A stretch of DNA of 64,000 bases from Eledone cirrhosa (taxonomy: Eukaryota). Location of the stretch: the NCBI GenBank assembly GCA_964016885.1, contig OZ024753.1, forward strand, positions 23,746,001 to 23,810,000, in the 5' to 3' direction. Positions 57,001 through 64,000 of this stretch are shown one piece after another (within the stretch, counting starts at the first letter, position 1; each line of letters opens with the position of its first letter). Position numbers and translations under genes: made by a program. The notes under the pieces were generated by a model. That model did no database searches. It was not told the DNA's origin and saw nothing but the letters and a program-made list of their open reading frames with translations.

Positions 57001-58050
57001 AGAACTCAATTAATTTTAAAAAATAAATGTATGCATGTAATTATATACATAGGCATATATATATATTTTCCTAGGCTAAAAAACAGAGAAGTTACAACTA
57101 ATAAAAACCACAATATCGCACAACAGTAATAAATACGGAAGGTCAAACTTATAAGATACCTGGAAATAAACACCTCTGGCCAATCAAGAGTAAACTATTA
57201 ATACAATAACAGAGATAGTTTAAAGCTAATCTCTGACTGGTAACCATCTCACTCAACAAACATTAGGTTGTATTTTAATATAAACCCAATTTAAGTGTTT
57301 GGGGTGCTAACAATATGTATTATGTGGAAAAGCCAGTTGCATTATTTTATGAGATATAATTAAAGTTAAAATATATCTCTCTTTCCAAACAATTGTTTCA
57401 TTATAAGTTTTCTACAAATTCGGAGAATATTTCCAGTTTATGTAGAAGCCTAATATACATTCATGTAAGAATATATTTAGGTGGGCGCTTATAAATCATC
57501 AGTGGAAGCCCATTAAACTTTGATATAAGAAAAACTTTTCTTACCATAGTTAAAAATCGTGTCTGTTAATTTGCTCCCTCCCGCATCGAATGACCGGCAA
57601 ATTTGAAATTCCAGCAGTTTTTTACTAAGGAAGTATTGTAGCGTCACTAAGCGGCAAGGGGAGACAACCAAGATCCACGAAAGGAGGAAAAAAAATAATA
57701 TACACGCGGGTTAATTAGCTTTTTCGAAAACATTATCAATCCAACGTGTTAAGAACTCAATTGAAATTAAAAAAATAAATATATGCGTGTATAAATTACA
57801 CACGCATATAGATATTTTCTTAGCTTAAAATCAGAGGTTGTACCTGAATAAGAAACCGCATCTCGTAACCGTAGTAAATACGGAAAGTTATGGTTTAAAG
57901 GGCAAATGGGAATGTAAATCTCTGGCCGAATTAAGAGTAAAATATAAAACACACGTAGGTTAATTAGTTATTTCAAAACCAATATCAATTCCTCGTGTAA
58001 AGATCTCAATTAATTAAAAAAAATAAATGTATGCATGTAATTATATACAT
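33077..58050 (-). repeat. ~25-kb tandem satellite, ~1000-bp monomer (five ~510-bp deleted monomers), each monomer carrying a hammerhead motif
   Basis: Landmarks recur at a 1000-bp period (e.g. ORF-track hits 41767, 43767, 44767, 49767-51767); monomers are nearly identical; 27 HHR copies counted. Confidence 0.97.
33872..33996 (-). ncRNA. Type I hammerhead ribozyme family D, first of 27 array copies
   Basis: Minus TTCCA-CTGATGA-T-TTATAAG-[~80-nt branched insert]-CTTATAA-T-GAAA-CAATTG-TT^TGGAA. Other copies start at about 34873, 35873, 36873, 37875, 38877, 39385, 40383-45383 (every kb), 46381, 47380, 47889, 48399, 49382, 50383-52383, 53381, 54380, 54889, 55399, 56382 and 57383. Confidence 0.8.
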
Positions 58051-58327
58051 GTAAATATATATATATAATATATATATATTTAATATATATATATATATAA
58101 TATATATATATTTAATATATATATATATAATATATATATATTTAATATATATATATAATATATATATATTAAATATATATATATATATAATATATATATG
58201 TTTAATATATATATATATATATTTAATATATATATATATATATTTAATATATATTTATATATATAATATATATATATTTAATATATATATATATATAATA
58301 TATATATATTTAATATATATATATATA

Positions 58328-58364
<37 letters not shown>

Positions 58365-58682
58365 ATATATATATATATATTTAATATATATATATATATA
58401 TTTAATATATATATATATATTTTATATATATATATTTAATATATATATATATTTAATATATATATATATATTTAATATATATATATATTTAATATATATA
58501 TATTTTTAATATATATACATATATATTTAATATATATTTATTTAATATATATATATATATATTAATATATATATATATATTTAATATATATATATATATA
58601 TATTTAATATATATATATATATTTAATATACATATATATATATTTAATATATATATATTTAATATATATATATTTAATATAT
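58051..58682. repeat. AT microsatellite with TTTAA/TAA interruptions
   Basis: Directly visible. Confidence 0.95.
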
Positions 58683-58725
58683 AAAAAAGAACAAAGGAAC
58701 TATTATGACATTATAACAAGTTTAT

Positions 58726-58772
58726 TGCCGACAGCCGTTTCGTCCGACCATATGGTGGGACTTTTCAAGGCA
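58726..58772 (-). ncRNA. Type I hammerhead ribozyme family E with U3-A8 core
   Basis: Minus TGCC-TTGAAAA-GTCC(c accatatggt c)GGAC-GAAA-CGGCTG-TC^GGCA. Confidence 0.8.
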
Positions 58773-59870
58773 TATAACATGTGATTGTAAGTTCATTATT
58801 TACATCAACGTATCACTTAAGACTAGCAGTTTGAAATTGTGCTATACATCAGCAGCTCCGCTTGTATATTTGGGGTCTATATTCTAAGGGGGCTCTTTTA
58901 TATTAGTTGTCGGAATTGTAAAAGGGATGGGTTTTGGGGAGTTAAGAGACTTTGAAAATGTCCTGAGAGTCAGGGATTGAAGGTTCAAAATTTGATAATT
59001 TATAATTTACGTATTAAAAGTGAAAGAACTTGGGATCTCGTGGAAGCACTCTAAAAAATCCCTCAATAAGTGCATAAAGCTTACAAGCCCCAATAAATTT
59101 AACAAACTAGAAGAGATTAAGAGACTAATAAAATAAAAAAATAAAGATATAAAGTTTCCCTAAAAACTATAAATTTTCCCAAGAAGTTCCCTCGAGAGAA
59201 AAAAATTTCTTTCGAAAGAAAAAAACTTTCTTCCCCAGAGATCTCGTTAAAAAATTTCAGACAATTTACGAAGTTTTGATAATCCCTACTAAGTTGAAAG
59301 AAACTAATCAATTAAAGGTTAATTCAAAAAGCCTTCAATAAACCCCTCAGAAAGGCCCCTTTAATATTTTTAATAGGAACCTCCTCCGAGAGACCCTTCG
59401 AAGAATTAAAATTTTAGAGAGCCTTTAAGGATATGTATAAACGAATTTGGAAAAATTATAAATTAAAAGTTAAAAATTATGGTATTTGGGATATCAGAGG
59501 AATTTTCAAAGGGCTGGTTCAACAGATACAACTTAGGTATAATAGATAAAATAATTTAGGTAATTTAATTAGGGAGAAATTCAAAGAGCTTATCAAGTTG
59601 GGCAAGATTAAAGAAAATTATAAGTAAGAAAATACATAAGCAAAAAGACAGTAATTATAAAATGTATTTTTGAAAAACAATAATTATAAAATGTATTTTT
59701 AAGAAGGTATAAGGTAGCTTCAATAATCTAATAATGTACTATCAAAAAATTATTATAAAATTATCACAAAATTATTATAAAATTATTATAAAATTATTAC
59801 AAAATTGTCATAAAACTATTGATACAGGATTAAAAGAACTTACTATAAAATTATTGATACAGGATTAACA

Positions 59871-60113
59871 AAGACATAATAATATATTCCTGCTTAATTA
59901 ACAAAAAAATCAATAAACAATTAACATTTAAGCAAAATTAGCTCAGGGATATCCCGCTCTCGGATACTTTACACCCATACAGCATCACATATGACTAAAA
60001 AAGACATAATGGTATACCCCTGCGTAATTAACAAACAATCAATTAACGATTGATAGTCAAGAAAATGTACTCAGGGATATCCCTCGCACGGATACTTTAT
60101 ACGCATACAGCAG
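59871..60113. repeat. Diverged 130-bp tandem duplication
   Basis: AAGACATAAT...TAATTAACAAA...CTCAGGGATATCCC...CGGATACTTTA...CATACAGCA at 59871 and 60001. Confidence 0.85.
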
Positions 60114-60933
60114 GATAAATAATACAGGTGACCTTGTGTGCGCGATATCCATTATGCGTATGTAGTCATCTGCACAGCTCTAGGCACATTTGGTCTTGTT
60201 TAAAAGTTCAGAGTTCACGAATCAACTGGGATTCACTATCAGCTGCGTGGACTCTCTGGGAAATGTACCTGTGGATCAAATAGCTAGTGGTTGCTGGGTG
60301 TGGTACGTTCGATCTTTTAGTTTCGGGGATTGTATGCTACCGATTCCAAATCAAAGGTCTCGCTGCATAGGATGTAATGGTTTACATGCTATATTGGTAA
60401 AAAAACCAGTGTGGATTTGACTGGGGTGGTATACTACGTACTCCAAGCACAAACGCGACTGGTCAAATGCGAAGGGCTGTCCCCTCTTTGTTTGTTGTAG
60501 GGGTCGGTTCCAGCTTAGATGTTGGTCGTGTTATCCATATTGCATCAGCCATGCACATTCAAGACAGGTCTGTATATATTTGCAGGTATGGTCCGGCGTC
60601 TACGCTATCCAAAGGGTCTCTCTTGTGTTATTTTCAAGTTCGTTTGTCATCTAATATTTCTGCTCTGCTTATACGCATAGAGCTTAACTAGCTACCGTCA
60701 CATATTTGGTAGGTCACACGTGATCATCGCGATTCACATACGACCTACCATACATCTTGCTTATATTTAATATATATATATTTAATATATATATATATTT
60801 AATATATATATATATTTAATATATATATATATATAATATATATATAATATATAATATATATTTAATATATATATATATATAATATATATATAATATATAA
60901 TATATATTTAATATATATATATATATAATATAT

Positions 60934-63358
60934 ATTGTTATACTTTGGGAGGGTCATGTTGCCAATAAGAAACACACGCACCAGTTGCTTTCACTTCAAT
61001 TTATTATATATTTATAAATTTATAAATTTATAAATCTACAAACTTATAAATTTCTGGTTGGTTGGTTGGTTCCACAACCAGATAGTTGTTTATATATAGT
61101 CATAGTCCTTTCGTCACACACTCTGTGACCTCTTCAGTGACTGGGGGTTCCTTTCTTTGTTTCTGTGCCTTTCCTTTCTTCTGTCCTACGCCATTTTGTT
61201 TCTGTGTGTGTGTTGTGTGCTCAGTTTGCGCATGCGCCACATCCGGGTGTCTGTGTGTGTTTGTGTTCATTTATCTATTTGTTTATTTATTTACATGTTG
61301 TTGGTTGGTTGTTTGTTCTATGTGTGTGTGTGTTTTCATTTTGTCCTTAATTGTAAGTTGTGATGTTGCTGTTCCACTCATATTTTCTATTTAATTTTGG
61401 TTGTAATTCTTTTATGCTTACTGCCTCTGTAATTTGCCTAAACATTGCATCTTTTCTGTGTGTGGATTCTATTTTTATTTCTGTTCTCTAATTTACCCTT
61501 GTGTTCTATCTTAGCATGTTGGTAGAGTACAGATGATTCTTTATTATCTTGAAGGTCTCGCCAGTGTTCATTTATCCGTTCCCCTATACTACGAGCTGTC
61601 TCACCTATGGACACTATATTTTTGTTTCTACATTGTCCTTCAGTACATCTTATGCTATACACTACATTTCTAGTTTTACAGTTAATATGGGGGCTTATTT
61701 TACAGGTTATACATTTCTTATCTATACATGAGGGTCTTTGGAACGGGTATGTCTTGCTAATAAGTGTTTTTACAGAGGTACCTGGTCTTTCTACTATCTT
61801 AATATTGAGTTTATGTTTATTTAGGGCCCTTCTAAATGTGTAGGCTAGTTCGCCTCTAGGGGTTGTATTGATGAACATTACACTCTGGTATTTATTGCTA
61901 TCATACCATGAGTTTATTCTATTGGCCTTGTTCCTAGTTCTTTCTATTCTATTCCAAAATTTGCTCCTATACAAGGGGCAGGTCCCATTTATGTCATTAT
62001 TTACCATTTTTTCCCATTTGGTTCTGGCTCCTCTATACACTCTGATTCTATCTCTCTGATTGTAGCCAGAGAACTGCATACGGTGGATGAAGTGTTGTAT
62101 GTGTCTCTCTAGTTCTTCGGGGTTGCACATGCGGGACACATTTCTCATCACCCGTACCAAATCCGCAATCAGTATGTTGATTTTGGTATGGTCCGAAATG
62201 GCCGAGTTTCGGTGGATCAGATGTTTGGAAGTCATGGGTTTGGCATAATGGGGATGGAGGATTTGTTTTTGGTTGTTAATGGTATCTAACCAGAGCTCTG
62301 TGACTAGTACAGGTAATCGATGGTTGGGGTGTCTACTTGGGTAGTCTATAGTAACTCTAATGCTCTGGTGGATGGAGTTTGCTATTTGCTGGATGCTTTC
62401 CATTGTGTTTTTCTCTAGTTCCTGACTGTTCTCTAGTGGGGGTGTCTTAACTACGATGTTTATATCATCTACGTAGCGGGAGTACATTATCAGGGTTAAG
62501 CTGTCTTCTAATTGTTCTTTAAGTTTAAGTTTAAGTCTACTGTCCCACCATACCATGAATAAGTTAGCTATGTCGCCTGCAATGCTAACACCAATGGCTG
62601 CTCCTTCCTCTTGGGCATATGTTTTTCCATTAAATTTGAACATATGTTCCTTAAGGGTTAATTTTATGCTGGCCCCTACCGCATGTGCAATCATTTTCTT
62701 CAGTTCATCGTGGTTTTCGGGTGTCCGTATGGCTCTGGTCCACCCGTTCCATCTATCTGTGTGGGTCTTCTTGGCCATTGAGGTAATGGTAAGTGGTCTG
62801 CCTCTTGCTGGTCTTGTAGGGCACAGGTTGCTAAGGTCATAAGTGTCTAGGTAACTATTACTATGGGTAAGCTTAAGTAGAAGTCCCAGCTCACTGGTAT
62901 CAATCCCACGGAACTTAACCTTGCTCTCGCTGATCATTTCTACGCATTTCTCCACAGTAAAATCCACGTCAATAGATGGATACAGGGACACAACATCCAT
63001 ACTGCCTATTATGCAGTTTGTTAGGTCCCCAGATCGGTTACTCACGCCGATTCTGCTGAGGAGGTCCTCCGTGCTGTCACATACATCTGGGGACATCTCA
63101 ATGATGGGGCGTATGATCAGGGAGAGGAAGTAGGACAGTCTGTAGTTACTAGCAATGTTAGCTCCACAGACTGGCCGTGTTGGTGGTCCCGCGACAGGGT
63201 CACAGCCCGTTTTATGGTCTTTTCGAAGCCCATACAACGCCGGCACGTCATTGTACCAGGCCTGGAAGTTGTTGGCAGTCCTTTTGTTGGGCTGCATTAT
63301 ATTCGTCCACATCACCATATGGGCATTGAGGGCTTTTTCTCTATCCTCATGCTCCTGT
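60934..63358 (-). mobile_element. PLE family A, 5'-truncated: RT + GIY-YIG (ORF 61438-63318, frameshift near the 3' end, true stop ~61347) + pLTR 60934-61346
   Basis: LYGLRKDHK, PTRPVCGA, SMDVVSLYPSI, YAQEEGAAIG, YSRYVDDI, CIDKKCITC, VVYSIRC...SIGETARS. A 2-bp deletion relative to the 2806-3093 copy shifts the frame. Confidence 0.94.
61098..61142 (-). ncRNA. Minimal type I hammerhead ribozyme, PLE family A
   Basis: Identical to 962-1006 on the minus strand; sense to the PLE ORF. Confidence 0.8.
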
Positions 63359-63383
63359 GTATAAATTATATATATATATATAT

Positions 63384-63538
<155 letters not shown>

Positions 63539-63650
63539 ATATTATATATATATATATTATATATATATTATATATATATATATATTATATAATATATATT
63601 ATATATATATATTATATATATATATATATTATATATATATATATATTATA

Positions 63651-64000
63651 CGATATTAAATAAATGGAAACTATATTTATAAAACCATATTTATTTCATT
63701 ATATATATTTCAGGGATATCATATTAAAAATATGTTATGCCTTCTTCAGACAAAATACAATATAAACAGTCTTATAAATAGATAGATTTGACATACCTTT
63801 CAACTTCAACTTCCATTTAAAAAGTTTAACATATGTTTTATATAAAAGGCATAACATATTTTTAATATGATATCCCTGCAATATATATAATGAAATAAAT
63901 ATGGTTTTATAAATATAGTTTCCATTTATTTAATATCGTAAATATACTCCAAATACTTGTTGAGTGCTTTTATATCAGTTATAAATATTTACTCGTTGTA
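63651..64000. mobile_element. Family B pLTR fold-back
   Basis: 63653-63798 matches 17347-17490; 63846-63940 is the inverted copy, followed by a tail. Confidence 0.8.
63692..63757 (-). ncRNA. Type I hammerhead ribozyme family B
   Basis: Minus TATTTTGT-CTGAAGA-AGG...CCT-GAAA-TATATA-TA^ATGAAATA. Confidence 0.78.

Larger units (their letters stand above)
58683..60762 (-). mobile_element. Probable non-coding PLE-related insertion (family E), ~2.1 kb
   Basis: Bounded by AT microsatellites; HHR ~45 bp from one end, as in the other pLTRs; internal 130-bp duplication; no recognisable ORF. Confidence 0.45.

Noticed and set aside
33238-57952. Repeated 61-82 aa ORFs (MFYILLLIRPE..., MIMFSKKL...) in the satellite
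   Set aside because: Mostly non-ATG starts, variable stops and frameshifts between monomers, absent from short monomers in the MFYILL case, and no recognisable domain.
33077-58050. Array as a 5S rRNA, tRNA, snRNA or histone gene cluster
   Set aside because: No recognisable 5S, tRNA cloverleaf, snRNA or histone sequence in the monomer.
60190-60691. Plus-strand ORFs of 74-76 aa
   Set aside because: Short, with no recognisable motifs or splice context.

Overview
AT-rich, gene-free animal repeat region. The long (AT)n microsatellites and SINE type suggest a cephalopod such as Octopus, which is an inference only. No host protein-coding gene is supported; the many YIYI/VCVC ORFs are microsatellite artefacts. 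Positions 0.4-33 kb and 58-64 kb are a dense pile of Penelope-like retroelements (PLEs: RT + GIY-YIG, with pseudo-LTRs often arranged as fold-backs), plus RTE and R4/Dong-like LINE fragments, a non-autonomous Helitron and tRNA-SINE remnants, most abutting (AT)n tracts. Positions 33.1-58.05 kb are a tandem array with a ~1000-bp monomer, some ~510-bp deleted monomers and 2-kb and 7-kb higher-order duplications. Main finding: every monomer carries, on the minus strand, a type I hammerhead ribozyme (HHR) motif (TTCCA-CTGATGA-stem II with a large branched insertion-GAAA-CAATTG-TT^TGGAA; 27 copies counted by eye). A diverged solo copy of this module lies at 31.75-32.1 kb and ends in the same 3' motif as a neighbouring Naiad-like PLE. 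The array is therefore a candidate retrozyme-like ribozyme satellite mobilised by PLE machinery. At least four other unrelated HHR families sit in PLE-type termini here, including core variants (U3-A8 swap; U4A with U10.1-U11.1). All RNA structures were paired by eye and none has been tested for activity.
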